Shown: piece after piece, positions 38,531 to 52,187 of the stretch
How the letters are laid out: every line of letters begins with the position of its first letter
How positions within the stretch are numbered: the first letter of the stretch is position 1
From: Phoronis australis
Lineage: Eukaryota > Animalia > Phoronida
Length of the DNA stretch: 64,000 nucleotides
Assembly: GCA_002633005.1 (NCBI GenBank)
Contig: NMRA01000314.1
Span: 1 to 64,000 of the forward strand
Direction of reading: 5' to 3'
Translations under genes and position numbers: made by a program
Notes under the pieces: generated by a model
What the model saw: the letters and a program-made list of their open reading frames with translations, nothing else
What the model was told of the DNA's origin: nothing
Databases searched by the model: none

Positions 38531-41500
38531 GTGGCGATATTCTGTTAATGTTTACCTTTCATATGGATTTCTTTTTGAAGGAATTCAACAAGGCTGGGGA
38601 TGTCTTTGTCATTCCGCGACTGTTTTCCTGGGTGCATTCTTTATGCTGCTCACTTGTTTGGCAACAACCACTACTTGTTATTGCATTCGAGGGGGTGTTC
38701 GTTTTCTCACATCTTAGTTCTTCAGATGTCGTTCGTATAGGTTACAGAATTCTGGAGTTTAACACTTGTACTGTCAAGAGCATTAAAGTTTTTTTTAATT
38801 TGATTGAAAATCCAATGTATTTTATGCATTATCACTATACTGAACTGTATTTTCATTGTTTTTTTTTTCGTATTTATCATTTAATTGCTATACAATTTCA
38901 AAAAAATAATTCTCAAACGAACACTTTTGTAAACACTGGTTGTGTAATAATCTCCCGGATAATCTAAATTTTAAGATGCCAAAATAAATATCCGTCATCG
39001 CCAGTATTAACATTGCCTACCTCAACCACATGAATATCTTGTGTATGTTGACCGCGTTTCAAAACAAAACATATGATATTACATAATTATTGATCAGATG
39101 GGTTCCAAAACAGTTTATGATGGCCTCGTATGCTCGATCTCTCAGTGTTACCGTAGCAGTTTTTAGCTTGTTTCTCTTACTTTCAAATCGTTCTGTGAAA
39201 TAGACCTATCTTAATATTACTTCATGAATATTAAGAGGAAATCCAAATCGAGGCTAACACTTTTTGACTACTTCCTGTACAGTTATGGCAGCCTCTACTA
39301 TGCTGGCTGGTCGTGACTCAACATTAGTTCAAAACTTATTGTAAAAACTCTTCACCGTTATCAGGCAAAATCATCTATCCAAAGGGTACAAGTAAGCCAG
39401 TAAGAAGTTTTACAAGCTGCATATCCATTCACTACAGTTGTTGTTGAGCTCAGTGTCAGCTGGTCAGTAACAGTTACAGTCAATTTCCTTGGATTTTTGT
39501 TTTGTAAGAAGAATTCAAGGATTTCGATGAGTGGTAAAACTACTGGCTTAATTACAGTTAAAACATTTAGTGCAGTCAGTTTTATTTGTAAATTCATTGG
39601 CTTGTTTTGTGAGTCATTGATTCAGTTGTTTGGAACATGGATTGAAGACGTTTTTGGTTTAAATCATTAACAAGATTTTTTGGTAATTCAATTATTTACT
39701 CACGTTTTAAACTAATCGACAGCGGTCTCTTGGTGTTTTTATTTCTGGACAGTTCAAAAACCTTGAACTAGTTAAATCATTAATTTTTATTTAACACCTG
39801 CAAACCAAGGAGGATCACTTTTCTTCAATTTCTATCCCTCGCCTGATCACCTTGCAAACTGAATTGGAGTGAGTTGATAGCCATGTTGTTACTCACTGAG
39901 CGAGGTTATTCTAGGCCAAAACGTACATGTACATGGTCAACAGGAGGCGTAGTCACTGTTGTGAGCCAAATGTAATTTGCTGATAAGAAATAAATTGAAA
40001 GAGTTGATACACTGTACAAGCCTTGCCATTTGTTGCTGGACCATGTGCATCTGAATGGTATCATTCGTTCACAATAGGGCCTCTGAAGTTTGCTTAAAGC
40101 ATGAAACTGTCTTCAGCTGGTTTACTGAACCAGTCAGGTTCAAGGAAATTGGAATGTTAAAGAAGTGATTCCTAGTGATTTGCAGAGTGCGAGGAACCGA
40201 CAAAACTGTAATCTCACCAGTAAATATAGTTTGCAAAAACAAACTTATACCAAAAAGTATTTCAACGATATATGGATTATATTGTAAACGAGTATACGAT
40301 TTAAAGCAAATAATAAAAATATGAAATTATGTACATTCACGTTAACGTACTCTATCCCTAATTTTATTAGAACTGTGCCATTGATAGCCGCTCGTGGAAC
40401 TATTCCGTGACAACCATAGCGCTGTCACACAATGCGCTATTTGTGACCATGCACCGGCGTTCTCAGTTTTCACCAGACTTCAGCCTGAGTACATGTAGTC
40501 TCGCGTGTAGGTATGTCTTATGGGAAAGTCGCTCAGCGACGTAGTAAGATTATGAAATATTTAAAAAGCAAACAGATACCTATATTGCTACTGGTCGGGG
40601 GATCGTGGGTAGTGGGTTGTGGGTTGAGAGGGTTGTGGGTCGAGGGGGTCGTGGTCGAGAGGCTCGAGGGGGGGTCGAGGGTGTTTCAGTACAATCCATA
40701 TCTATGTGATGATTGCGAACCTGTCATATCAGTAAAGGTTAGTAAGCCTACATCTTTCAGATTCAACACAGTTTATATGGTACTGAGTGTGGAAAGTTCA
40801 AAGTGCTAATTAGGCACTTGTGTGCTTGAAAGTTACCTTCTATTCAATCTGATACAGTACAGTTGTCTAGGGCTGGCGGAGTTTTGTAATAATTTAACTG
40901 CAAACTTGGGCCATCATATCTACAAATCTCACTAGCCACTGTATTATCAATTCTTTGCCAGTATGAAATTGATGAAATGATAATAATTTGTCTCGTCTTT
41001 GGTTATTTCTACGGCAATAAGGGACACAACAGTGTGCAATTGTTAATATATAATAATCCACTGACAGCAGACAACTTCCTGTAGACTTAGCAGTACTAGC
41101 CTCGTTCTGGGATTGGAATGTGAGACATGCATAAATTTTGAGAAAAGCCTAATACAGTAATACAACATTTAGCTTATCAATGATCACTTGTTTTTCCAAG
41201 GACATTTAAAAAAATACAGCCTAATCCTAATTTAATATAAAAACACAGTATTGCACAAGATCCGATAGTGACAGGTGTTTCATGAATTGTCCGGGTCGAA
41301 GACCATGTTATAAAAGCGTAGAATTTCGTTTTACATTCTAAACGCAAGAGGATAATTAAAGGTATGTACAATGAAATTTCTGGAAAATTTGAACCCTGAT
41401 ATGTCGAATATTCTTGGCAGCGACCAAGGCCTGGAGTCTAATACTTGTACTCGAAATCGAATTCGAAATGACTTTTTTACATATTCAGTTCTACTTTGCG

Positions 41501-41945
41501 CGACAATTCTAAATAACTGCTCGTGTATGTCATGGTTAATGAGTTTCTTGTCCAAGTTCGCACATGACGACTCTGCGTCAGTTACATTGTCGAATCGTCG
41601 AGTTTTTACTCGAGTATGTAGCTCGAATTTAAGGGTCATCAAGTACGAACTTGGAATAAAAACTCGTTAGTCTAAGCGTTCATCGATTACAGTAAGGTCT
41701 TCATCTGATGCTGAACAGGCTTACCACCAAAAGACAATCAAGTTAGTGAATTTGACGAGGCAAGATTTTTCTGTGTTTTACGGTGACTGTGTTAAGGACC
41801 ACCTCGTTCTTTAGGCCTACAAACCTTTTCTTTGGTCTCGTCCCGCGTAGTCCCGTATACTGAGTTTGCTGGCGGCTTAGAACTAAGATTGTGAAAGCTC
41901 ATATTTACTGAGGGAACTTGTCATGTAGCTGAAGCCGGCGACCTC

Positions 41946-42165
41946 TGTGCACCCCTAGCCTGCAACCCACACACCTGCCAAATTGCAACCCCGGCCTTCG
42001 ACCTGCTGACGACCCCGCTCCCTAAGTGCACCCCCAGCCTGCAACCTGCAGACTTGCCAAAGTACACCCCTGGCCTGCCACCCAATAACGACCTCCCAAA
42101 GTGCACCCCTGGCTTGCGATCCGCTGACGGCCTCCCAAAGCACACCTCTGGCCTATGATCCGTAG
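41946..42165. repeat. Degenerate ~35-40 bp GC-rich tandem repeat
   Basis: Recurring (A)AGTGCACCCCTGGCCTGC...CCAA blocks, about 6 copies. Confidence 0.7.
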
Positions 42166-42642
42166 ACGCAAGGTTAGACAGAATTTCACAAGGTAAAAGG
42201 TGCCTGTGCCTTCTAAGAGGGGAATATTTCGGGGTGAGGGTAAATTATACCTCTCGCTCACCATCACTAACACCCACGTAATAATTGTTGCAAACTCCCA
42301 CAGGCTCTGCCTCAAGTAGCCATAGAGCTCTTCTAAATTCTCACCTGTGTGAGTTACAAGTGATTCAAACCTCGAGGATAATTTTTCAATCACTTGAGGG
42401 GAATTTTTAAAAATCATGAGGGGAGTTTCGCATGATTTTTCAATATTTTTCAAAGGGGAATGAGTCCGATATTCCGCCCCAATATCGAGAGATTGAGGGC
42501 CTTGCAAGGTATTGTGAACCATTACAAGTAAGCCAAGTAATCTCCTTTTCCGTCTACTGAACTCAGCCCTGATTCGTTGTGAAAGCATTGAATTCAAGTA
42601 ATCATTATCAAATGAATAAACATCGACCCTTTATTGGTAGAA

Positions 42643-42749
42643 ATGATTCAGGAAAAGACGAAAGCCGTGGCTGTTTTTGCCCTTGTGATTGCCAGCTGCT
42701 ACGTATTGCCCACTACGACCAAACCCTGTGGAGGTGACACGACTGGAAC
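42643..42749 (+). CDS. Putative secreted three-EF-hand calcium-binding protein, coding exon 1 (signal peptide)
   Basis: MIQEKTKAVAVFALVIASCYVLPTTTKPCGGDTTG T|gtaagc; basic N-region plus hydrophobic core; phase 2 matches the next exon. Confidence 0.65.
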
Positions 42750-43421
42750 GTAAGCATGACCCATACATTTAATAAAGATCCACTTTCCAAAAACTTAGTC
42801 TTGTTTGGCAATGGGACAATAACTCCACCTAGTGGACTGAGGGTGGCGGGAACGAAGGAATTGCGGGGAAGACTAAAACAGTAGACATAGGAAGGGTTGA
42901 AGAATTAAACCGTCTTTCTTAACGTTTCCGTCTAAACGAGTAGGTGGATGTTTAGAAGTTGCTTTATAGGATTTATTTTATCAAAACTAATCAACTATAT
43001 GTTAATAAGGATGTCAAAGTACACAGGAAAATTCGAAAATATTTTAACGCTCGAGTGGTCAGAAGACAGATTTATTACGGAAATGGTTACTCCCATGCAC
43101 TTACTAATCTCTCAGATTTGGTGCAAGGGTTTCCTTTGATGTTATATGTTTCTCGGGCGCGATCCAAAGCCACGCACATTTACTTTTTTCGAAGACAACA
43201 CGTAGGAACCCGTACAAAAGCCTGAACGGCAAAATCCAACTGTAGTGACTAGACGAACTGCCATTCACGTGAGTTTTAAAACAACTGTAGTATCCAAGTT
43301 ATCAAGTACACTTAAGGCATTAAAGCGCGCTGTTCAAAATGATGAGTGCAAGGAAATACTGCGATGTAAATTTAAAATTTTGCACTTAAAGTTCAATACA
43401 TTTTATCGCATGTATTTTCAG

Positions 43422-43449
43422 CCCAACGTGCGACGCTCAATGTAGATGG
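43422..43449 (+). CDS. EF-hand protein exon 2 (28-nt microexon)
   Basis: tattttcag|C CCA ACG TGC GAC GCT CAA TGT AGA TGG|gtaagt; bridges phase 2 to phase 0. Confidence 0.7.
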
Positions 43450-44303
43450 GTAAGTCAGTCTGTCTTTGTTTAATTGAGAGTTGTTTTATTCGGCACACTT
43501 TTCTACCATGAAACACATCTCGAATTTACAACAACCGAAGACTTAATATAGCATGCCGCTATTAGCCAAACTGCTTATACTGCCTGTTCAAAGATGGTAC
43601 TTTTGACATTTGGCTGCATGCGTTTTACTTAGTGCTCCACCAGGTGGCATTCATTATTTTTACAGGAGGCGCCCGGTGTCGCAAATCACTCGCGAGACAC
43701 TTGCAGCTTTATATCAAGGCTTACTACGTAAAAGAAACAGTGAATCCTCGTTCATAACTCAACATTCTTGCTTAGTCAATCAACCATTTCGATGGTGGCT
43801 ATAGCTAGTGTAACGATGAAAGACCGGGGTTACCCATGAGACACTATAACCTTTCGCGTGATTTCGCCCAACGCCCAAAAATTCAGATCACGGAACGCAA
43901 TGTTTGTTTTGGGCGCAATCATGTGTATGCAATAAATAAGATTAGAAATTAGCGTTTCCTTGCTGTTTTCATCAATTTTCGTGGACACGTTTTCTTTCTG
44001 TGATCCCACACAATGTGGAAACAATTGTTTTACTTGTTTAAAAACTCAACGTTGCATTCTTAATTAGATTACTGTAAAACCTGCTTTTGTCTGTGTGCAC
44101 GGAACGTGTTGACGATAAAAAGAACGTGTGTCCTTAAATTGTTCGAGAGGTAATTCTAAATCTACAAATAGTAACCGTTATATTCGAAATCCGACATTGT
44201 ATGATTACTTTACACAAATTCCATTATGTATAACAAAAAAGTCGCCGTATTCCTAGTGATGGTTTCTATAACAATAATTGTAATGACGCCTATCTTTTGA
44301 CAG

Positions 44304-44414
44304 GATGCGATTGTGATCGGCATGTATCACCTTGGTGACTTGGATAAAGATGGTGACATAACCCTACCTGAGATACTTTCACTTAATCACCCCAGTCATC
44401 AACATAATATCACA
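44304..44414 (+). CDS. EF-hand protein exon 3 (EF-hand 1)
   Basis: cag|DAIVIGMYHLGDLDKDGDITLPEILSLNHPSHQHNIT|gtaagt; canonical loop DLDKDGDITLPE. Confidence 0.88.
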
Positions 44415-46693
44415 GTAAGTGACGCAACAATGCCAAAACCTGGTCAAGTGTCTCATTAACAGATTTCATATCAGCGATGTCACCAGCAGACCCACTTTCT
44501 GACGTCGTCCGAAATCCTGTTGACGATGCAAACCTTAAATTCTATATGACAACAATAATACTTCAACACGGTGCCCAGTGACATTAGGTCATAGCAACAA
44601 CAGAACCAATGTTTGGGTCACAACCAAAATGGGCAGATGAAGTACTCTTTGTGATCTACGTGTTGTAGAAGACGAATATAACTTTTAATTGGGTTTTCAC
44701 TTCATGACGATTTAAGAACAACGTTGAAGATTGTAAGCATGAATGGTCAATTACCTTCGACAATGTCATGCTGAAGTGTGGTAATCTAAGTTTGGCTAAG
44801 CTAATAGTTAGCAGCTGGAATAAGAAGAGGATGCCGATACTTTTGCTTTCGTAACGTACATGTATTGTATAATTGTATACATGGGCATTTTGTACAACAA
44901 TGAAATAGACATTATTAATATTTTAAATATAGTTAAGACTATTGTTAACACCAGGCACAGTGTCAACTTAAACAGTTTCTATGATAATGACAGGTATACT
45001 GGCACCAGACCAAGCGCGCAGCCGGGGGGCTCGAAGGCGAAGTTGGCAAAAACGTCTGCCTCAGAGAAACAAAAAGTCCGAGAAAACGAGACAAAAGTCC
45101 ACTAAATAAGCGTAGACGCACAGTTCACAGTTCTGAAGGTGGTACCCCGTTTTTTAGTCCCCCACTTTATTATTAGCAAAATGTCCACTTCGTCAGAAAT
45201 TCGAGCCTCCCCCCCATATTAAAGGCTGGGTGCGCGCATGCAGACCCAATTAGACCCTACGCCACATATTGTATTAACTATGGTATCGCTACAACCTATG
45301 TCACCTTAGTTACAATATTAACTATGGCAACACCAGATCTCAGCGTTGATAGAAATGTGGACGAATTAGATGTTGATGTAACAACCGTAGCTGAATCAAA
45401 GTGACCAATCATTGATCCCGGCGTGACGTAAACCTTGTCTTACAGAAAGGGTTGCCAGAAATGGAACTAGCTCAAACACTCATGGTACTACAAAAACAAT
45501 TTCATATGATTCAAAAGACTTACGACACTGACCACGAAACAGAATATGAAGTAGAGACATTCTAGGAAGAACCCGTCCTACGGTCAAAAACACCCTAACA
45601 TCCCCCCAACGGAATGCTATCGAAATTTTTTAACACTGAAGGTTAGCTATCCAAGGTTCCCGCCAAAACTGAGCAAGGTTAGCTATCCGAGGTTCCAATC
45701 CAAAATTGACACAAAATAAACAAAACAGACAGAACACTGAACTTTCCAGTGACGGAAAAGATGAAGTATGAAAAAGTCCTACCATCCTAGTTCCCACTGG
45801 AACTGAACTTGTCCGAACGTTTGAGGGATTCCCCTCAATACACCAGCATATGATTCACCACGGAAGGTCGGGCCTGCCATTTCAAACCAGCCTCTAGTAG
45901 ACCTCGCTGGTTCCCTGCGTGCCGCTAGGTGGTAGCCAACACGCAGGTATCACTTTATTTTCCTCGGGATTTTTTTTACACGCCAGACGTTTTGGATTGG
46001 CTGGTCGAATTCTCAACAGGCCGCGCTTTACGCAAACAAACTGGCATGACTGATGGACTGAAGTGTAAATGTTGTTTGTTATACAGACAAATCGGTGCTT
46101 AAAATTCATGTTCAAGAAATGTGAATCCCAGGAAATTGTAGTTGTGTCTTTTCGGAGTGCATCTTTCTGCTGTCGCTTACTTTTGTTTACGTTGCTGTCC
46201 TGTATTCATACAGTATGAATAACACACCGGTTAAATGGGCCAGATATGTGTTTATTGTACATGTATGTACTTCAAACACGCGGCCTTTAAACATCACTGC
46301 AGAAACGAAATATTTGCTGCGACGCCACTTGCATGACAATGCTAAATATCGTTTATAGTCCGCCATTTTCTCACTTTGTTATAAAGCTAACCAATCACTG
46401 TCGAGGTTATACATGAACCACTGACAACTAAGCGCGTGCTACTAGACGAGACTGAGCTAGTAGACGGCCAGGACGACACGCACGAGGTCGTCAGTGTGAG
46501 CTAACCCATTGCTGATGAAGATGAAACCGTATGGCATTGTATCAAGCCGACATAAGAGCAGAAACATTGGGTCTAGCGGCTCGGTCAGAATATTTAGATT
46601 TTGGTTCTACTCATTGTTATAAGCCGCCTATCGACATTGGTCACTCCCGTCTATCCACTGACGCATATCTGAACGTTGTCTACATTGCTTTTT

Positions 46694-46763
46694 CATGGGC
46701 GGCGCACCATAAGGATCTGGGGGGGTTATAGCCTCCCACTTTTTCAGTGCTGCGCCGCCCATG
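46694..46763. mobile_element. 70-bp MITE
   Basis: TIR CATGGGCGGCGCA / TGCGCCGCCCATG flanked on both sides by CTTTTT. Confidence 0.7.
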
Positions 46764-46916
46764 CTTTTTACCTAATTTCACCACTTCAACTTGACTTCAG
46801 GAAAGGAGTGAATGTGTTGCTGTGAACCTGTGGTTGGAAGAGAGTGTCCTTCACTGATGACGCGATCCTTGAGCACATACTGTTCATTAACAACCAAATA
46901 TTTTTGTCGATTGTAG

Positions 46917-47014
46917 GAGGCGTTTAAAGGATATGACCTGGACCAAGATCAGAAATTATCGATGACTGAACTGTTTCAGTTACAACACCGACTTTTGAAC
47001 GAAACGGGATATAC
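46917..47014 (+). CDS. EF-hand protein exon 4 (EF-hand 2)
   Basis: tag|EAFKGYDLDQDQKLSMTELFQLQHRLLNETGY T|gtaagt; loop DLDQDQKLSMTE. Confidence 0.88.
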
Positions 47015-47917
47015 GTAAGTGTAACTGTTTATTTATTTGTTGTAAATGCCGCCATTTGCCGCAGACAACACTACGGTCACGTGAACTGTGATCATTTACG
47101 CGCCTTTGGAGCGACAATTGTATCATTTCTAATTACCAAGCATCCTTAACTCTATCCACCCGATTGACTCTTCATTTGACAAGGCAAACTTTGCTGTACG
47201 ACTTCGGTGAACATGTCTCTGGTGAAAACTGCAAGCAAAATGTAGTCTTTTCAGCGTGGGATGCTTTAAAAATGCCACTATTGTTACAACGACTAAAACA
47301 AGCGTTCCGAAAACATTGAGGACACGCAACCAAATCAGCGCCAAAAATTGCGCTGCATCCGCTTGTTTCTTCTCTTTTGGCGTTAGAGATTTCGACTGAA
47401 CGGAAATGACAAAACGTAACCGTTACTTTGGGACATCGAATTTTTGAAACGTAAATATTATTGGGTGTTTGTGACAAAAACGTTGCTGCACTCTTAAAGG
47501 TTTGGATTCAAAAGTTATAATGTTTTTCTTGTTCTTGAAATCTTGGCTCGTACTTACTTTTTACTCTGAAGATTATTTAGGTACAGAGCACAAAAAGTTT
47601 TTAAAATTTTTTGAAAAAGGTATAACTGAAATTTCAAATGGCCTTAGGTCTTTAGACAAAAAGAATTCATTTTACTTTCTTATTGAGAGACGTCTTTTAT
47701 GATCTGATTAGAGAGGGTTCACGACATCGCTTAAGAGATCATTAACCTTATCACCTTGCAATTATTATTCCATCACAATTGTGAACTAGACGTAAATTTT
47801 GTTCGACAATTTCAACATTATAGAGTTTTGAAACAACTCTCTCGTAGAAAAATGTTCCACCAAAATGTAAAGCAACATGTCCATTCATTGAGTAGTGGAT
47901 TATCCATGTATTTTCAG

Positions 47918-48122
47918 AGCTTATCCTGTTTGGGAGGTCATCGACTTTTACGACGAGGACTTTGATCACAAGATTACTCTTAAAGAACTGTCTCATGTCG
48001 TTAAAGGTCTCCAAGAAGTCCTTGGTCCGTATGACATCACTATAAACCACACGGACCTAGCGACCGCTTTAGGCAAACTGCTGGGTTTGAGCGACGTCCT
48101 AAATGGGGATAAGGACATGTAG
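47918..48122 (+). CDS. EF-hand protein terminal exon 5 (EF-hand 3)
   Basis: ttttcag|AYPVWEVIDFYDEDFDHKITLKELSHVV...NGDKDM*; loop DEDFDHKITLKE; the five exons total 549 nt = 182 aa + stop. Confidence 0.88.
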
Positions 48123-48132
48123 TGTGCTGGCG

Positions 48133-48138
48133 AATAAA
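48133..48138 (+). promoter_or_regulatory. Candidate polyadenylation signal of the EF-hand gene
   Basis: AATAAA 10 nt after the stop codon. Confidence 0.5.
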
Positions 48139-50157
48139 GCATATTCAAAACTATCATGCGTATTTTTTCATAATTAACGCTTGTCACAAAACACTAACAG
48201 TAGAATTAGAAAAAAAAAATTATTCCACCAGACTGGTGAAATCTTCCAAGATTCCGACGGAACATTGTAGATCGTATACTCTGGGTGATAAATGATTCCA
48301 TTAATGCATTACCTCCGAATGTCTGTTAAGATCTAATTCTTGAAGAAGGATCTGGCGTCGGGGAATGAAATTTCATAAGCATTTTCAACGATTGCGTGGT
48401 GTTCAAGGGCGCGGTTCTAGTAATTTGTACCTTGAGTTTGCTACGCGTTTGTGCTGGAGTAGGGTTTCGAGGATCGTAGCTTGAATTTAGAAGCACGCCT
48501 GTATAACATTCTTTTCACCAACAGATACACTGTATAAGGACCTCAACATTTGGTGTTAAGCATTTAATGCAATACCAGTTCTTTCGAACAACCTGAGACC
48601 AGTTTTTTGGCAATGAGTGGTTTGAATCAAAAGTGTTGGAAGACGGATTTAAAGACGCTGAAGAATATTGTTCGTAAATTTGTAAAATATCCAAAACAAA
48701 CGCCTGACCGCGTAATGATCGGCTCAAAGTCAACAGAGTTCAAAATGCTATTTTTCATGTTGACCCATTGTGCTGTCATTGTTTAGCCTTCGTTGAAAAT
48801 CAATGATTTCCTGCACAGAGTGGCAACATCATGTACAAAAAACAATCGCATTTTATCATTAGGAAACATTATTCTGTTGGCCAAAATTATTTTCTGTACC
48901 ATGCAAAGATGCTAATAAAACGGAGTGTGCTTCATAAAAAGTGACAAAGGTTTGGTCTTACGCTCCACATAACTCTTTCGGAAGAAATATTTAGTATTCA
49001 CTTTTGCAAAATAGAGTGTCCGAGAGTAGGAAAATGACTGCTACTTACTGAGAATATTTTTGTACAAATACTTCCAGTACTCGTGACTAAACCTGTACTT
49101 GGAAACTGTCAAGTGGGAGTCTTAGGCCGCTTTCACGAAACGAACACAAGGACACTGTGACCAATAGATCTTCATGATGACAGACACTCATTCAGTTGTT
49201 CAGAAGGATGACACGTTTCTCACCTGAATGTAGACTTGTGAGGGTTTTGTGAGCTCGGAGATATATTGCAGAGTTCAGGGATCAGGAATGTGGCACGAGT
49301 TTTAAGACAGAAAGTGTTTAGTCTTTCGCTGCACCACATACACTGTACTTGGTAGAAAAAATAGGCTTAGCCAATTAATTATGAGCGCGTGACTGTCAAC
49401 AAAAAGTATAAAAAAAGTATCTGAGTATCTAGCAGTTAGTTATGTATTCTCAAAGACTTTGCAATCTTGCTAGTGAGATTTATGTATTTTTCTGAAATAG
49501 GTATGTGGAGCGTACGACCAAATTTCTAACTTGAAGATGTATTTGCGTGCTTCTAACTACAGTGTATGCTAATGTGTAGAAGGAACGAAACAACAATGCT
49601 ATTTGAACATCATCTACGCTAAACAAAGGGCAACTATGTTCATTAACAGCTTGTAAATGTGAAAACAAAAAGCTCTGCAAATAGGTGACATTTGCACTAA
49701 CGATGTACCTTGGGCTCACGTAACCGCCATCATGCGGTGTTATTCCCCAACACCACGCCATTGGTCATGGTTGAGTGATTTACGGCGGATCATGCTAATA
49801 TGACCAAGCAATCGCAGAGCTAAGGAATTAGCGTGCAAGTACCCATTAAAGCTACTTCTCATGATGCACACCACAGAATAGGGAGGAATCTTTCTATCTT
49901 GAACATATAAGAACAAAATTCAGTGTGTGTTCATAAGGTCAGCAAAGTTCATTCTCGTGACTGAAAACGTTCCACTTCAAACGAAAGACAATCAAACATA
50001 ATGTTGGTTTTTATTCACTTTCCTTGAAACTGTAGTTCCGTCAAAGCACTAAATTCAACTGAACACCAAACGTTGTTAGAAAAGTCAATTTATGAAAAGT
50101 TTAGTGTTCTTTTCAAGCTTACACTCATACCAAGTGTTGCAAAATCCACACAGAATC

Positions 50158-50285
50158 CAGTGGCGGATTTAAGTGGGGGGGGCAGATTCCATTTGGCAGC
50201 ACTGGGGTGCGGATGTATGACGGGCAAAATCCGGGCTTATACTCTGCCCTGGCCTCCCTAACTCAAAATCCTGTATCCGCCCCTG
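50158..50285. mobile_element. Short MITE
   Basis: TIR CAGTGGCGGAT / ATCCGCCCCTG; a related right end occurs at ~35297-35308. Confidence 0.7.
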
Positions 50286-51893
50286 GAATATGTTACGAAT
50301 GTTAAGCAATTGTTTTAGTTTAACCCTTAAGTATTGACATGATGTCTTCAAAATATATTCGAAATTCATTGAAAAGGAGTGGTGAGTGAAACTCTCCTAA
50401 TCAGTGTCCTATATTCATTTTTTATGCATCAACACTGCCAGGAATTGCTATTGGTAATGTCTTTTGGTACGGCAACCAACATGTGTCATATCAGACTTTA
50501 GGGTGAATTTGAAGGTTTTTGCCAAAAATCACCCACTTTTAATTTAACATATTGGAAATGTGTGTCAGAACAAAGGATTTTAACATAAATGTCATCAACT
50601 AAAAAGTTGCAGATTTTGTCAGGCTGACTATAAGGCACATTCTTTCACAGTACTAAGAAAGGTAGCACTGTCACATGTTGTTTAACATGGCTTTTCATTG
50701 GTTAAGGTAATGAAACCGACGTCATAACATTCACTCGTTCCCATTGGTTGAAAGTTGGAAAACCCCTTTCAAATAAATAATTACAAATTGGAATTCAAAT
50801 TTTAAAGTCGGGGCTGATAGATATGGAATTTTCGTAAACGTACAATTAGGAACACTTTTCAGTATAGGTGGCGCTGTGTCAGAGGGTAACCGCATGTATA
50901 AGAAAGACCGGCTCCTGAATCATTTTGTCGGTCAGTGACTTGTGCTTGAAGGTTAGTGAAGTGTGTTCAAGGTTCATGACACGTATTTTTTGCGCTTAGT
51001 ATGGATCGAAGGGTAACTTTCTTATCGACGTGATACTTCAGAAAGGCTTGAAGCAATATTTGACATTTTCTTTTGAATACACAAAAGCACGTTTACTGAT
51101 ACTTCGATTGATATTCAGATTTGCAAAGATACGCTAAAAAGCGATAGTTCGGAGATGGTCGTTCAAATTATACCCATACATATATTGAACTGGATTTTTA
51201 GGTTGACCTTTAAACACGAGTTGAGATGATTTCTATTATTGAACAGTCTGGCGGTAGGAAAAGACTACTTTACAAGAGACATTTGTGGACATTGGATTTA
51301 TATTTTTCTTTCACCAGGAGCTTGTGAATCTATGTTCGTGAGTTCTTTCCGCTGTTGTCAACAACGCCATCTAGTTGTGAAACTGAAATACTGGTTTCTG
51401 TAGTTTTTAGAGAGATAAAATTTAAATTGCTTGGATTCATAATTTATATAATGAAATACTCCGATCCGCAAATGAAAGTAAAACGTTTTCCTGTCTGTAC
51501 ACTCTATGAAGTATGATCGAAGGTTGCTCGCTGATAACGAATTATACTGGTCACTATCATTTGTAGTTGATTTATTTATTTGTCTGGATTTGAACCGGAC
51601 AAGCTGTTACGGCATTTCATAAAGTTTTCATTTTTTTACCATCATGTTGAGGTCAAATCCATCCATTTGATTGAATTGTGTTTCAGGATGTTTTGGGTGC
51701 CCCAGGCTTAAAACTTCGGCGGGTTTGGGGATTTTCTGTATCCGAATCAAATTTCGTTTTAACACGCAAAAGTTGATTTAATTTCAACTTTAATCGTGTT
51801 ATTATCGGGTTTAGCAGGTTTAAATTTGTTTCTGTAGCATGAAGGGAGACAGAGTTTGATGCACTATCTTTCATTCCTTTCAGATATATCATA

Positions 51894-52187
51894 ATGCCCA
51901 TCTCAAGCGGAGCCTTGGGCAATACCAAAAGTTACTATAACAAACCAGAAAGCCTGCGTGCTAGAATGAAACGGCCATCTGCGGAAGATAATAAAACGAA
52001 CAAAATCGTCAAAACACAAAACACCATCTTACGGTTTAAAGGTCAGGGAAGCAAGAAAATAAAAATAATAAAGAAGACGAGGAACATCAAGCCCAAGTCA
52101 TTTGGGGAGGACGCCAGGAATCGTAACGGTGGCTTAACGGTTATGCTTACTCGCATGTATACTGGAGTGAAGGAAACAAAAGTTCAG
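51894..52187 (+). CDS. Uncharacterised type II membrane protein, paralog B, coding exon 1
   Basis: Acceptor tttcag at 51883, ATG 10 nt later as in paralog A; MPISSGALGNTKSYYNKPE...KETKVQ|gtaaat. Confidence 0.85.

Noticed and set aside
42022-42597. 191-aa minus-strand ORF
   Set aside because: Non-ATG start, no domain, and the 3' part runs through a degenerate tandem repeat.
42970-43225. Extra phase-2 exon for the EF-hand gene (IYFIKTNQ...)
   Set aside because: No strong donor, AT-rich intron-like composition, and the gene already joins in phase without it.
46505-46540. CTGATGA...GAAA hammerhead ribozyme core
   Set aside because: Stems I-III and the cleavage triplet cannot be built around the two boxes.
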